From a virus: a DNA stretch of 41,740 bases. Below, in pieces: positions 26,563 through 35,557 of this stretch (position 1 is the first letter of the stretch; each line of letters starts with the position of its first letter). The stretch is from positions 1-41,740 of IMG/VR virus record IMGVR_UViG_3300005827_000046; one strand, 5' to 3'. A program made the translations under genes and the position numbers. Below the pieces are notes generated by a model. It did not search any database. It was not told where the DNA came from and saw nothing but the letters and a program-made list of their open reading frames with translations.

Positions 26563-26882
26563 GTACTGAATCGCTAGGAGAACTTAAGCGGTTAGTGTCG
26601 AGGATTAATAACCCCTCTTTGCAGGAGGAATTCGTAAAGTGGATTGATATAAATGTCCGGGTTTTCGTATCATCCCGAGTGCTGGAAGTACCAATGAGCG
26701 GTAACGAAACACCGACGTCCGAAGCATTGAAGCACCTACTGATGATGGATTTAGTCAATTATATCTATGACACCGTAAAGGGGGAGAGCACTTTTTATAC
26801 GCTGAATCCGCACAGACGTTTACATCGGTACAGCCTCGGCGTTTTCGGCCCGCTTAAAAAAGAGGTGATCAAAAATGAGTAG
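26559..26882 (+). CDS. Hypothetical protein
   Basis: 107-aa ORF with ATGA overlap to the SNF2 stop and GGAGGTGA RBS. Confidence 0.65.
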   Translation: MSTESLGELKRLVSRINNPSLQEEFVKWIDINVRVFVSSRVLEVPMSGNETPTSEALKHLLMMDLVNYIYDTVKGESTFYTLNPHRRLHRYSLGVFGPLKKEVIKNE

Positions 26883-27171
26883 AGCATACAAGATACGAGG
26901 ACCGGGAGAATATAAAACGCACAACGGCTGCAAGGTTCTCTTGAAACGGAAAATCCTTACCGCCCAAAAAGAAATCAGGTGGGAGGGTGTACTGCACCAA
27001 TACGGGCAACGGCCCCTTAACACGAATTGGGGGCCGAACGGCAACGTGTTTGATTCGGAGGAGAGCCCTTATGATATTGCCGGACGGTGGGGCGATAAAG
27101 ACGACATTGCGGATCGCATAGATACATTGGAGCGAAGAATCACAGAACTGGAAAGGGTGTTGATGACATGA
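26875..27171 (+). CDS. Hypothetical protein
   Basis: 98-aa ORF. Its initiation region is the same 20-nt gaggtgatcaaaaatgagta as the previous gene. Confidence 0.65.
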   Translation: MSRAYKIRGPGEYKTHNGCKVLLKRKILTAQKEIRWEGVLHQYGQRPLNTNWGPNGNVFDSEESPYDIAGRWGDKDDIADRIDTLERRITELERVLMT

Positions 27172-27539
27172 GCACAGAAATAAAAAAGTGTCCGTCATGC
27201 GGGTCAGAGGGAATATTTTTTAACCGCCCAGATCGTCACATGTATGTCGTGTGCTCAAACGACTACTGCACGATGAGCGGGCCGAGCGAAAGTAAAGAAA
27301 CCAGTGCGGATAAATGGAATGCCTTGCCAAGGCGCGAGGGCGCGCTCGTTACGGGAATGGACCCGCCTAAATGTGAAACACGCGAGTTAGCAAAAGAGTT
27401 GCGAAAGCGGTGTAAGTGGGGTGAGGAGGATGGATGCCCCAGCGAATGCGAAGTGCTTGACGTATGCGGAGAAGGAAGTATCCACTCGTGGTCATTCCCT
27501 TGTCCACACTGCAACGGAACGGGGAAAGAAAACCTATGA
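27168..27539 (+). CDS. Lar-like zinc-ribbon protein (restriction alleviation family), paralog 1, with an extra Cys-rich C-terminus
   Basis: KKCPSCGSEG...VVCSNDYCTMSGP...ADKWNALPRR fits the Lar pattern C-P-x-C-G ... C-x-x-x-C ... W-N-x-x-x-R. The C-terminus has CPSECEVLDVC and CPHCNGTG. Confidence 0.6.
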   Translation: MSTEIKKCPSCGSEGIFFNRPDRHMYVVCSNDYCTMSGPSESKETSADKWNALPRREGALVTGMDPPKCETRELAKELRKRCKWGEEDGCPSECEVLDVCGEGSIHSWSFPCPHCNGTGKENL

Positions 27540-27655
27540 GTCTTTTAATTATTATATGTATCGGATTTGCGCTTTTGGTTCTTATTGTGACCGGTATCGT
27601 TATTGGTGCCGCAATCACTTTTTGTCGAACATTGATGGACCTTGAGGACAAATAA
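27536..27655 (+). CDS. 39-aa single-pass membrane peptide
   Basis: ATG at 27536 overlaps the upstream TGA (ATGA). Sequence begins MSLLIIICIGFALLVLIVTGIVIGAAITF. Confidence 0.55.
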   Translation: MSLLIIICIGFALLVLIVTGIVIGAAITFCRTLMDLEDK

Positions 27656-27657
27656 TC

Positions 27658-27906
27658 ATGGGGTTTTTAGCAATTTTCATACCTCTATGCTTTGTGTTTT
27701 TCTTTTTGGTAATGAGCCGGTTTCACCTTGCGTTTCACCACATTGAAAACCTAAAGGGTAGGGTCAAATTACTCGAAGACGCCGCCAACCGCATACCCGT
27801 TGCCGCCGTCAAAGGGTTGGACGACACAGAGGCTTTTTTGGTTAGTAGTAGGGAACAACCTTTAGGGGTTGTCAGTATTAAAGACATAGGGAGGATACTG
27901 AAATGA
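27658..27906 (+). CDS. Small membrane protein (N-terminal TM, then a helical and a beta segment), paralog-like set member 1
   Basis: 82 aa. MGFLAIFIPLCFVFFFLVM is a TM helix. The C-terminus is PLGVVSIKDIGRILK. Confidence 0.6.
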   Translation: MGFLAIFIPLCFVFFFLVMSRFHLAFHHIENLKGRVKLLEDAANRIPVAAVKGLDDTEAFLVSSREQPLGVVSIKDIGRILK

Positions 27907-28250
27907 GCATTGAACTAAAACCCTGCCCGGCATGTGGTGGGGTTCCAAAACGGTATGATAGATTCATATTTTGTTTTTCAAAAGGCTGTCATGTGTCTGG
28001 TCCATACGATGACCAAGACGGTTCAAAGTGGAACGCCCTTCCAAGACGCGATGACGTACATGAAACCCTAGAGGATAAAGTCATTCGCGAGGCGCATCAG
28101 AAATATTTAAAGAACAACAAGATCACCAAGCGCGACCTTTTTGCGGCGGCTGTTTTGGTCGGTGTTAACCTAAACCAGTTTGGCTTTGATACCACAGCCG
28201 AACAGTGTTTTGCGGCTGCCGACAAAATGATTGAGGAGAGTTTGAAATGA
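27903..28250 (+). CDS. Lar-like zinc-ribbon protein, paralog 2
   Basis: MSIELKPCPACGG...CFSKGCHVSGP...DGSKWNALPRRDDV. Confidence 0.65.
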   Translation: MSIELKPCPACGGVPKRYDRFIFCFSKGCHVSGPYDDQDGSKWNALPRRDDVHETLEDKVIREAHQKYLKNNKITKRDLFAAAVLVGVNLNQFGFDTTAEQCFAAADKMIEESLK

Positions 28251-28567
28251 ACATCGAATTAAAACCCTGCCCAGCGTGTGGGAATGATGGACTACTTTTT
28301 GGGCAACGTGATTGGTGTACCTATGCTGTATGTACCAATGACAAATGCTGTGTGCATGGGCCGTTATACGACACCGACGGCTCAAAATGGAACGCGTTGC
28401 CAAGACGCGATGACGTGAAAAACCAACCGGATGAGGGGGCTTTGCTAAACCACATCACCACCGCTTACTTCCTATTAGGCCCTGTACTACGTAACAACCA
28501 CTCGCCTGAGAGCATGGTCGAGGTCTATAAGCACCTACGCGAAAAGATAAAGGCGGTGATGACATGA
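28247..28567 (+). CDS. Lar-like zinc-ribbon protein, paralog 3
   Basis: MNIELKPCPACGN...CTNDKCCVHGP...DGSKWNALPRRDDV. Similarity to paralog 2 is visible at the DNA level. Confidence 0.65.
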   Translation: MNIELKPCPACGNDGLLFGQRDWCTYAVCTNDKCCVHGPLYDTDGSKWNALPRRDDVKNQPDEGALLNHITTAYFLLGPVLRNNHSPESMVEVYKHLREKIKAVMT

Positions 28568-28839
28568 ACGGGCTATTCACTGCCGGAGTGTGTTTCATTA
28601 TGGGCGCATCCGTCTGGGCCTTGTTGTTCGGACGGGACCCGATGAGTCGTGAAAACCTGCTTCTAAATGCGCAATTGACCGAATGCCGAAACAGTACGGA
28701 AGGCAAAGTGCTGGAAAGTTTTTTGCTGCCGGTATCACCCTCTGGGTACGACGTTTTTCCCTATGTCACAATAGGTAGTAAAGAGTTTAAAAAATACGAA
28801 GGCCGATTGGTCCGAGTGGTTATACGGGAGGCAAAATAA
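28564..28839 (+). CDS. Small membrane protein, paralog-like set member 2
   Basis: 91 aa. GLFTAGVCFIMGASVWALLFG is a TM helix. The C-terminus is GRLVRVVIREAK. Confidence 0.6.
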   Translation: MNGLFTAGVCFIMGASVWALLFGRDPMSRENLLLNAQLTECRNSTEGKVLESFLLPVSPSGYDVFPYVTIGSKEFKKYEGRLVRVVIREAK

Positions 28840-29240
28840 TGAGCACATCGATTTCTAAATTCATGAAACGCGCACAGGACAAATATATCCAAAGCAACAA
28901 CAAACCACCGGGCATGATGGAACTTGATAACCTACTTGCAGAGATGGCGACGGAGGGGCACCCCGAGTGGTCCCGAAGGGTCAGGGACTGGGTACTGCAC
29001 CGGATACACACAATTGGTGGGTCGTCGTTTATGGTGTTCGGCGAGACAGATCGTGAAATGCAAAGGATTAAAGAGGAGATCGTGGGGGAGGGCACCCCCG
29101 TGCCCGCATTCGCGATTGAAATAGTATCTCGTGATATCGCAAAAGAAGTAGAGACTTTTTTACTGCATAACCACTGGGGGCCTTTTGGGCAAAAGCCAAC
29201 CGGTGTTGTTGCATTTATTGACCTGGGGGATTTAGTATGA
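28839..29240 (+). CDS. Hypothetical protein
   Basis: 133-aa ORF with a TAATG junction and GGGAGG RBS. Confidence 0.65.
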   Translation: MSTSISKFMKRAQDKYIQSNNKPPGMMELDNLLAEMATEGHPEWSRRVRDWVLHRIHTIGGSSFMVFGETDREMQRIKEEIVGEGTPVPAFAIEIVSRDIAKEVETFLLHNHWGPFGQKPTGVVAFIDLGDLV

Positions 29241-29551
29241 CCATTGTGTTTTTTGGTGGTGTGGTAGTAGAGTTATTTATGTTCGGGTTCTGTGTATACT
29301 TGGCCAAAGCCGCACTAGAAGAGACGACAGAAATCAGTCAACGCGTTAACAGGTTTGAAAAACACTGGCAAGAAATCGTACTGGAAAACAAAGGAACACC
29401 GAAAAAGGAAAAATCAAATCGGGTTTTGGTAGAGGACACGGTTAAAGTCTGGCATGAAGGCGGTGTTTCCTACATCCGCTTGTGTGATGCCGCCTTGCTC
29501 CCTCATACTGGGACAAGAGTCCACGTGACCATAGAGGAGATAAATCAATGA
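29237..29551 (+). CDS. Small membrane protein, paralog-like set member 3
   Basis: 104 aa. TIVFFGGVVVELFMFGFCVYLA is a TM helix. The C-terminus is GTRVHVTIEEINQ. Confidence 0.6.
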   Translation: MTIVFFGGVVVELFMFGFCVYLAKAALEETTEISQRVNRFEKHWQEIVLENKGTPKKEKSNRVLVEDTVKVWHEGGVSYIRLCDAALLPHTGTRVHVTIEEINQ

Positions 29552-29772
29552 GCAATGAGCCAAAGACATGCCAAGACAATGCATGCCCAACGGTTGAAAG
29601 CCTCCGGGCGCTCAACCTCAAACTGAAAAACCACAACGTGCGCATGTTGTCCGCGCTTCGGTGGTACTCCGATCCGGACAATTACGTTGATGGTGATGGG
29701 TGGTGTACAGTAGAACTTGTCGGGACAATGGCCGATGAGGCGCTTATTGATATAGGAGTAAAGACGAAATGA
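29548..29772 (+). CDS. Hypothetical protein
   Basis: 74-aa ORF with ATGA overlaps on both sides. Confidence 0.6.
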   Translation: MSNEPKTCQDNACPTVESLRALNLKLKNHNVRMLSALRWYSDPDNYVDGDGWCTVELVGTMADEALIDIGVKTK

Positions 29773-30116
29773 CTAAAACCATTCACGGATTAATTAAAAG
29801 ACTGAAACGAACACCGATAACGATACATCAGTATTACCCGGGATTTATTGAGGGAGAGGTGATTGAACAGGCCACAGTGTACACCAAAAAGGAATTTAGG
29901 GCGATTCCGTTCATAAAACGACGGCTGGATAATAAAGATTGTTGCTTGAGGATTAGCCCCGACCAAGGACAGCCCGCTCTTATGGCTGTATACTCTGACT
30001 CATACTGGGTGATCGCTTTTATCTATGGAGATTGGAGACGATTAAAGTTACCGAAATGGAATCCTCGATTCCCATACAGAGATGAGACGAAGCCAAAAGA
30101 GGAGAGACATTCATGA
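29769..30116 (+). CDS. Hypothetical protein
   Basis: 115-aa ORF with ATGA overlaps on both sides. Confidence 0.6.
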   Translation: MTKTIHGLIKRLKRTPITIHQYYPGFIEGEVIEQATVYTKKEFRAIPFIKRRLDNKDCCLRISPDQGQPALMAVYSDSYWVIAFIYGDWRRLKLPKWNPRFPYRDETKPKEERHS

Positions 30117-30547
30117 AGTACCTAAGATATTTTTTATACGTTCTGAGTCATAAATACCACGTGGCCCGGTACTGCTTTAAACTCGGACTTTATCGAGAGG
30201 CATTCACTCACGACCTATCAAAATTTTGGCCGGATGAGTTTATTCCCCACGCACGTTATTGGTACCACCCGGAGGGCATGGACGCACCGAAGGGGAAAAT
30301 CAATCGTAGGGTGGATTTCATGAAGGCGAAGACTCTTCACTTCTCACGCAACCCGCACCACCTATGCCCAGCCCCGTTTTTGGACCGCCGTCACATACTT
30401 GAAGCATGTGCGAACTGGTTGGCTATGGGGTATGTTCGGAATGAAAAAGCATCAAACTATTATATTCAAAACATCCGGTCAGTTCTAAAATTGCCCCCGT
30501 TTGATAACGACGCGGTGCTGAGAATTTTACGAAAATATGAGGTTTAG
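30113..30547 (+). CDS. DUF5662-like protein
   Basis: 144 aa. YVLSHKYHVARYCFKLG...HDLSKFWPDEFIPHARYW matches my recollection of the HDLSK-x-x-P-x-EF signature of this phage-associated family. Not verified by search. Confidence 0.5.
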   Translation: MKYLRYFLYVLSHKYHVARYCFKLGLYREAFTHDLSKFWPDEFIPHARYWYHPEGMDAPKGKINRRVDFMKAKTLHFSRNPHHLCPAPFLDRRHILEACANWLAMGYVRNEKASNYYIQNIRSVLKLPPFDNDAVLRILRKYEV

Positions 30548-30549
30548 AG

Positions 30550-30765
30550 GTGATACCTACCACGGTCAAAAAACAAGAATTAATACAGCGACTGCAAAAT
30601 TACAATAGAACAGGCTATTGCAAAATATGTGGTAGGCCCAGAACTTTTACCTTTCGAGAACACGGTGTTCAGGTATCCGCGAAGTTTTACAGTCATATAG
30701 TATACGGTTGTTTTTCGTGCCTTTTAAAAACCGGAATCGGAAAATTAAGGGAGATATATCTATGA
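30550..30765 (+). CDS. Small zinc-ribbon protein
   Basis: 71 aa with a GTG start at 30550 and GAGG upstream. CKICG ... CFSC. It fills an otherwise 215-bp gap. Confidence 0.5.
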   Translation: MIPTTVKKQELIQRLQNYNRTGYCKICGRPRTFTFREHGVQVSAKFYSHIVYGCFSCLLKTGIGKLREIYL

Positions 30766-30983
30766 ACTGGACAGTTACGTTTGACAAATTCAATTCGTAT
30801 TACATTGCCCAATCCGTGATTTTTACTATACTAAGCGTTTTGCTCTTCGCATGTTACATGTCATGGTGCACGGATTCCGACGAACATATCCGAGCGAGGA
30901 AAATCATTAGCACAATTTCTCGGACTATGTTCATCCTCCATGCGATATTGACCCCGCTTTATCTACTCAATCCGGGAAAATGA
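30762..30983 (+). CDS. Two-TM small membrane protein
   Basis: ATG at 30762 (ATGA overlap, AAGGGAG upstream). Hydrophobic helices SVIFTILSVLLFACYMSW and MFILHAILTPLYLL. Confidence 0.6.
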   Translation: MNWTVTFDKFNSYYIAQSVIFTILSVLLFACYMSWCTDSDEHIRARKIISTISRTMFILHAILTPLYLLNPGK

Positions 30984-31603
30984 AAACGTTTTACGAGATG
31001 TTTGCAACATCTCAATACACGATTAATCGACATCGGCCACCGGTTGCAGTAGCACCGACCGATGCGATAGTCCCCGAAAAGGAAGGTACTGACTCTATGA
31101 ACATTATGATCTCGTTTGATTCAAAGACCGAAAAAGCAATCAACTCACTTGCCTCTGTAATGAGCCGCGTTGTTGCTCTCGCTGAAGGCCAAACAGCGAT
31201 GCCCGATGCAACAGAGCCTACGGCCAAGATCATGGAATCAGCGCCGGAACAGCCAAAGAAAACCCGCGCGCCGAAGACAGCAAAAGCCCCGGAGCCTATC
31301 GAAACATCAGTCATCAGCCCCGCAAAAATTCGCGAAGAATTGGCCGAGGAAAAAGAAGCTGAAGAGTTTGAAGACGAATTTGGGGACACACCTGCTAAGC
31401 CCACAGTGGCGACAACCCCCCAGCGTGTAGTGAGTCAGCAAGAGATGATCACCATGATGACAGCTTACGCAAACAAACACACCAAGGAAAAAGCCAAGGC
31501 GATCATCCGTGGATTCAAAAAGGCGGATGGTACCCCGTGCGCTGTGATGCGCGACATCCAGCCGAAAGATTACGCGTGGGCCTATGAAGCATGTTTATCG
31601 TAA
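30980..31603 (+). CDS. Hypothetical protein with a low-complexity acidic/Pro-rich centre
   Basis: 207-aa ORF preceding the nuclease-SSB-polymerase module. An alternative start at MNIMISF has GAAAAGGAAGG upstream. Confidence 0.6.
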   Translation: MKTFYEMFATSQYTINRHRPPVAVAPTDAIVPEKEGTDSMNIMISFDSKTEKAINSLASVMSRVVALAEGQTAMPDATEPTAKIMESAPEQPKKTRAPKTAKAPEPIETSVISPAKIREELAEEKEAEEFEDEFGDTPAKPTVATTPQRVVSQQEMITMMTAYANKHTKEKAKAIIRGFKKADGTPCAVMRDIQPKDYAWAYEACLS

Positions 31604-31614
31604 GGCGGACAGCC

Positions 31615-32838
31615 ATGAAGAAGATTGAGCACAAAGAGCGAGCACATTCGCGGTTTGCCGCCTCCGCCGCTGAAAGGTGGATGGAATGCACGGCGTCCGT
31701 CGCTCTTTGTGAAACATGTCCCCCGTCACCCGATAGCGTGTACTCGCTTGAGGGTACAGAGGCGCACGAATGCCTTGAAGCAATTTTGCGCGGAGATTTT
31801 AGATACGTTCCAACCAAGTTGAAAGATAAGTACCCGCATGAAATGGTAGACCACGCGCACGCTGCCGCTCATCATCTCCGAGGTCTTCGATCTGGTCAGG
31901 ACTTACTAGACGGTGCAAAAGAGTTGGTCGAAACGCGTGTTGAAATCCCCGGCATCAAAGATGCCTTTGGAACGCTCGACTACGCGGTGTTGACCCCGCT
32001 CGGCCCGCTTCGTGTCTGGGATTTCAAATATGGTTCTGGAAAGTATGTATCACCTCATGCCAATCCGCAACTTATGTACTATGCGGTTGGTCTGTACGAA
32101 AAGTACAATGAGGCGTATGATTTCACCGAGGTCGAACTAGGCATTATCCAGCCCAGATGCGCGAGTAATTCCGGTGACGTTAATCGATCATGGACGTGCA
32201 GCATCGAAACCTTAATGGAATTCAAGGCCCAATTGGTGAAGGCCGCTGAAGAGGCGGACGACCCAACGCGCGCCAAGTTCGCGGCGGATGCTACTCGCTG
32301 CCGGTGGTGCCCAGCAAAGCAGCACGGAAAGTGCCCGGAGCTAGGACGCGTTGGGCATAGCGAAGCGCGTGAGGCGTTTTCCGAAGTACCTACCGTTGTT
32401 GATTCGTCGCTTTCCCTCAACCTCCCGACCCCCGACAGCATGGACGCCGCAACACTCGCAAAAGCGTTTGAAGCAGCGGCCAGACTCACCATGTGGGTTG
32501 CAGCGGTGAAAGAAAAAGCGTACAAGGTGGCAGGATCGCCGGAAGGTTTACCGGGATTTAAACTCGTAGCTGGACGCGCCAAACGTGTTTGGAACGACAA
32601 AAAATCCGTGGAATTGGATGCCGATCTCGAAATCGGAGACGAAGCATTCAACACCACACGAGAACTAAAAAACCTTCCCGACATGGAAAAGGTAGCAGGC
32701 AAGGATTGGGTAAACGCCCGGTGTTCTAAGATGTCGGGCAGTCTTGAGCTAGTGCCGAACGATGACCCGCGACACGGCACGACTCGCGCAGTGAATGATT
32801 TTGCGGGCGTATCGTCCACGTCGGACGACGAACTTTAA
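31615..32838 (+). CDS. PD-(D/E)XK / Cas4-like nuclease (DUF2800-like)
   Basis: I chose the ATG at 31615 (after the upstream stop, AGGCGG RBS). HSRFAASAAERWMECTAS at the N-terminus, DYAVL...VWDFKYG core, C-terminal Cys cluster CRWCPAKQHGKC. Lies directly upstream of the SSB-like and PolA genes, as in the known module. Confidence 0.7.
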   Translation: MKKIEHKERAHSRFAASAAERWMECTASVALCETCPPSPDSVYSLEGTEAHECLEAILRGDFRYVPTKLKDKYPHEMVDHAHAAAHHLRGLRSGQDLLDGAKELVETRVEIPGIKDAFGTLDYAVLTPLGPLRVWDFKYGSGKYVSPHANPQLMYYAVGLYEKYNEAYDFTEVELGIIQPRCASNSGDVNRSWTCSIETLMEFKAQLVKAAEEADDPTRAKFAADATRCRWCPAKQHGKCPELGRVGHSEAREAFSEVPTVVDSSLSLNLPTPDSMDAATLAKAFEAAARLTMWVAAVKEKAYKVAGSPEGLPGFKLVAGRAKRVWNDKKSVELDADLEIGDEAFNTTRELKNLPDMEKVAGKDWVNARCSKMSGSLELVPNDDPRHGTTRAVNDFAGVSSTSDDEL

Positions 32839-32856
32839 AAACAAAAGGAGCACACA

Positions 32857-33531
32857 ATGGCAAATTTCCAAAAACGAACAGTCATGGTAAAAGTGGACCC
32901 CAAAAACAAAATGCTGGTCACGCCAAAAGTCCGGTTGTCTTTTCCCGCCCTCATGGCGCCCGAAAAACCAAAGGCAGGAGATGACCCAGACAAAAAGCCA
33001 CAATACTCTACCATCCTCTTAGTGCCAAAAACGGTAGACCTGACTCCGTTCAAAAAAGCACTGACCTATGCCATCATGGAAACGTATGGCGAAAAGGTTG
33101 TTGATTTGAAAAATTTTCGGTGGAATATCAATGCCCTACCCGAAGGATTCAGAGTACCAATAAAAGATGGGGATAAAAAAGCTGATTGGAAAGGCTTCCC
33201 CGGTAATTGGTATATTCGAGCATCAACATCACTCCGAAAACCTACAATATTGGGACCAAACAAAAAAGAGATTACCGATGCTGAGTTGATATATGGTGGG
33301 TGTTACGCGCATGTATCGATGGGCGCGGGATGCTATAAACACATGGGTGTTGAGGGTGTGAAGTTCTACCTCAACCACGTCATGAAGGTCGCAGATGGTG
33401 AACGTCTGGGTGGTGGTGATGCCGCTGCGGATTTTGCAGAGATCACACCCGATCTTTCGGGGTTTGGTGAGCAAGTTGCTGACATGCCTTTCGAATCTAC
33501 AGATGATGGTTTTGACTCCGGCGATCTGTAA
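32857..33531 (+). CDS. ssDNA-binding protein (DUF2815-like)
   Basis: 224 aa. VTPKVRLSFPALMAPEKPK at the N-terminus and an acidic tail ESTDDGFDSGDL. Positioned between the nuclease and polymerase genes. AAGGAG RBS, followed by a terminator. Confidence 0.6.
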   Translation: MANFQKRTVMVKVDPKNKMLVTPKVRLSFPALMAPEKPKAGDDPDKKPQYSTILLVPKTVDLTPFKKALTYAIMETYGEKVVDLKNFRWNINALPEGFRVPIKDGDKKADWKGFPGNWYIRASTSLRKPTILGPNKKEITDAELIYGGCYAHVSMGAGCYKHMGVEGVKFYLNHVMKVADGERLGGGDAAADFAEITPDLSGFGEQVADMPFESTDDGFDSGDL

Positions 33532-33555
33532 TTAGTGGAGCTACAACGCTGGACG

Positions 33556-33586
33556 GGGGCCGGGATGTCTCGGCCCCTTTGTTTTT
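33556..33586 (+). terminator. Intrinsic terminator between the SSB and polymerase genes
   Basis: GGGGCCGGG-atgt-CTCGGCCCC followed by TTTGTTTTT. Confidence 0.75.
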
Positions 33587-33598
33587 ATAGAGGGCAAT

Positions 33599-35557
33599 AT
33601 GGGATATGTTGTAATCGATTTCGAAACACGGTCCGAGGTTAAAATAAAAACGCAAGGGGGCTACGTTTATGCCGAGCACCCATCAACAAGATCAATGTGC
33701 ATTGCGTGGAGATATACAGCACAGCAAGACCGACAAGCCCTAAAATACATGAAAACGCAAGTCGCATGGACGCTTGATGGTACGTTTCCAAAAGACCTAG
33801 CGAAGCTATTACTCAAGCCATCGGTCAAGATCGTTGCCCACAATGCCAATTTCGAGCGCCTCATTTTGAAGCATGTTCACAAATGCGACATACCCATCAA
33901 CCGGTTTTTCTGCACCGCTGCGCAAGCACGTCGGCTGGCCCTTCCGGGGAACTTGGAAGGCGCAGCGATTGCCGCAAAACTTGCGATCAAAAAGGATATA
34001 GCCGGGAATAAGTTCACTCTGAAATACGCGTGCCCAACCCGCAAAGGGCAGTTCCTAGAGGTGACACCGGAGGCAAAGCAGCGAATCATGGACTACTGCG
34101 CGACCGACATCGACGCCGAGGTTTTATTATTTTGCAGTCTCCCACTCACCACCGGCCCGGATTCGTTACGTATATATGAAGTCGATCAAAAGATAAACGA
34201 CCGGGGTTTCCGTGTGGACGTTGACCAATGCCGGGCAGCGATTGAACTATCCGACGTAGCCGCAGCGAACGATACCGATAGGCTTATACGCCTGACCGAT
34301 GGCGTAATCTCCACACCAACCCAAGGCGAACGAATTAAAAAATGGTGCGCTGAAAGGGGAGTTGAATTAGCTGACCTCACGGCCAAGACGGTCAATGACA
34401 CTTTATTGAGCGGTCAAGCAATACCCGATGACGTGCGGGATATGTTGGAGATACGTCAAGGTGGCGCGAAAGCATCCATCAAAAAGTACAACGCCGCCCT
34501 TGATCGCGTGAGCCGTGATGGTCGCATTCGTGGTGCGTTCAACTACCACCGGGCGTCAACGGGACGATGGGGAGGCACTGGTTTTCAGCCCCATAATATG
34601 CCCCGAGGAATAGTGAAGCACCCCGAAATTTATGTTGAACTGATAAAGATGCAAAGTACAGACATGATCGACCTCATCGGATACCCGCTTTCAAGCGTTC
34701 TATCGTCGTGTGTTCGATCCGCTATCATACCGTCGGATGGTCACGATTTCATATGTGCGGACTACGCGAGTATTGAGACGTGCGGTCTGTTCTGGCTCGC
34801 CGATCACAAAGTTGGCCTTGAGATGATTCGTAACAAAGTCAACCTATACATGGACCTTGCGTCCAGCATCTACGGAAAACCTATAACAACCAAAGAATGC
34901 TTCGAGTACCAAGTAGGGAAAAAGGGGATATTGGGTCTTGGTTATCAGATGGGGGATAAAAAATTCACGGGGGCATGCGAGCAAGACGGGATTATTTTGC
35001 CACCCGGGATGGCGTGGCAAACGGTGAATACGTATCGTAGGAAGCATGCACCAATTCCGGCACTATGGGAAAAGGTAGAAAACGCTGCCATAGACGCCGT
35101 GCGATTTCCCGGGAAAGCCTACACGGCAGGAAAAACAAAATGGTACGTTGACCGTGGGTTTTTGGTTGCCGAGCTACCATCACGTCGGTGCATCGTGTAC
35201 GCCGAGCCTCGTATTGACTTCGAGACGTATAAAGGTAGACCCTCCCCGAAACTTAAATTCATGGCCGAGCAGGCCCAGACGCGCCAATGGGTTGAAGAGT
35301 CTACATATGGTGGGAAATTGGTTGAAAACATCACGCAAGCGGTATGTTGTGACCTATTGGCATCTGCGCTTTTGAGGCTTGAATCACACCCGCTCTATAG
35401 AGTCGTGGCGCATACGCACGACGAGGCGCTGGCTGAAGTACCCATCGGTAAAGGCAGCGTTGAGGAGTTTATAAAAATAATGTGCGACGCGCCCGCATGG
35501 GCGGAAGGGCTACCAATTCGCGCCGAAGGATGGCGCGGTCCGAGGTACAGAAAATGA
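33599..35557 (+). CDS. Family A DNA polymerase with 3'-5' exonuclease domain
   Basis: Exo motifs VVIDFETRS, VAHNANFE and YCATDIDAE. Pol motif A DYASIETCG, motif B QVGKKGILGLGYQMG, motif C VAHTHDEALAEV. Confidence 0.9.
   Translation: MGYVVIDFETRSEVKIKTQGGYVYAEHPSTRSMCIAWRYTAQQDRQALKYMKTQVAWTLDGTFPKDLAKLLLKPSVKIVAHNANFERLILKHVHKCDIPINRFFCTAAQARRLALPGNLEGAAIAAKLAIKKDIAGNKFTLKYACPTRKGQFLEVTPEAKQRIMDYCATDIDAEVLLFCSLPLTTGPDSLRIYEVDQKINDRGFRVDVDQCRAAIELSDVAAANDTDRLIRLTDGVISTPTQGERIKKWCAERGVELADLTAKTVNDTLLSGQAIPDDVRDMLEIRQGGAKASIKKYNAALDRVSRDGRIRGAFNYHRASTGRWGGTGFQPHNMPRGIVKHPEIYVELIKMQSTDMIDLIGYPLSSVLSSCVRSAIIPSDGHDFICADYASIETCGLFWLADHKVGLEMIRNKVNLYMDLASSIYGKPITTKECFEYQVGKKGILGLGYQMGDKKFTGACEQDGIILPPGMAWQTVNTYRRKHAPIPALWEKVENAAIDAVRFPGKAYTAGKTKWYVDRGFLVAELPSRRCIVYAEPRIDFETYKGRPSPKLKFMAEQAQTRQWVEESTYGGKLVENITQAVCCDLLASALLRLESHPLYRVVAHTHDEALAEVPIGKGSVEEFIKIMCDAPAWAEGLPIRAEGWRGPRYRK

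Noticed and set aside
32079-32819. 246-aa minus-strand ORF, plus 31012-31404 and 31515-31817 on the minus strand.
   Set aside because: They are antisense to the nuclease gene and the preceding gene in a uniformly plus-strand, translationally coupled operon. They are Ser/Ala/Arg-rich with no RBS.
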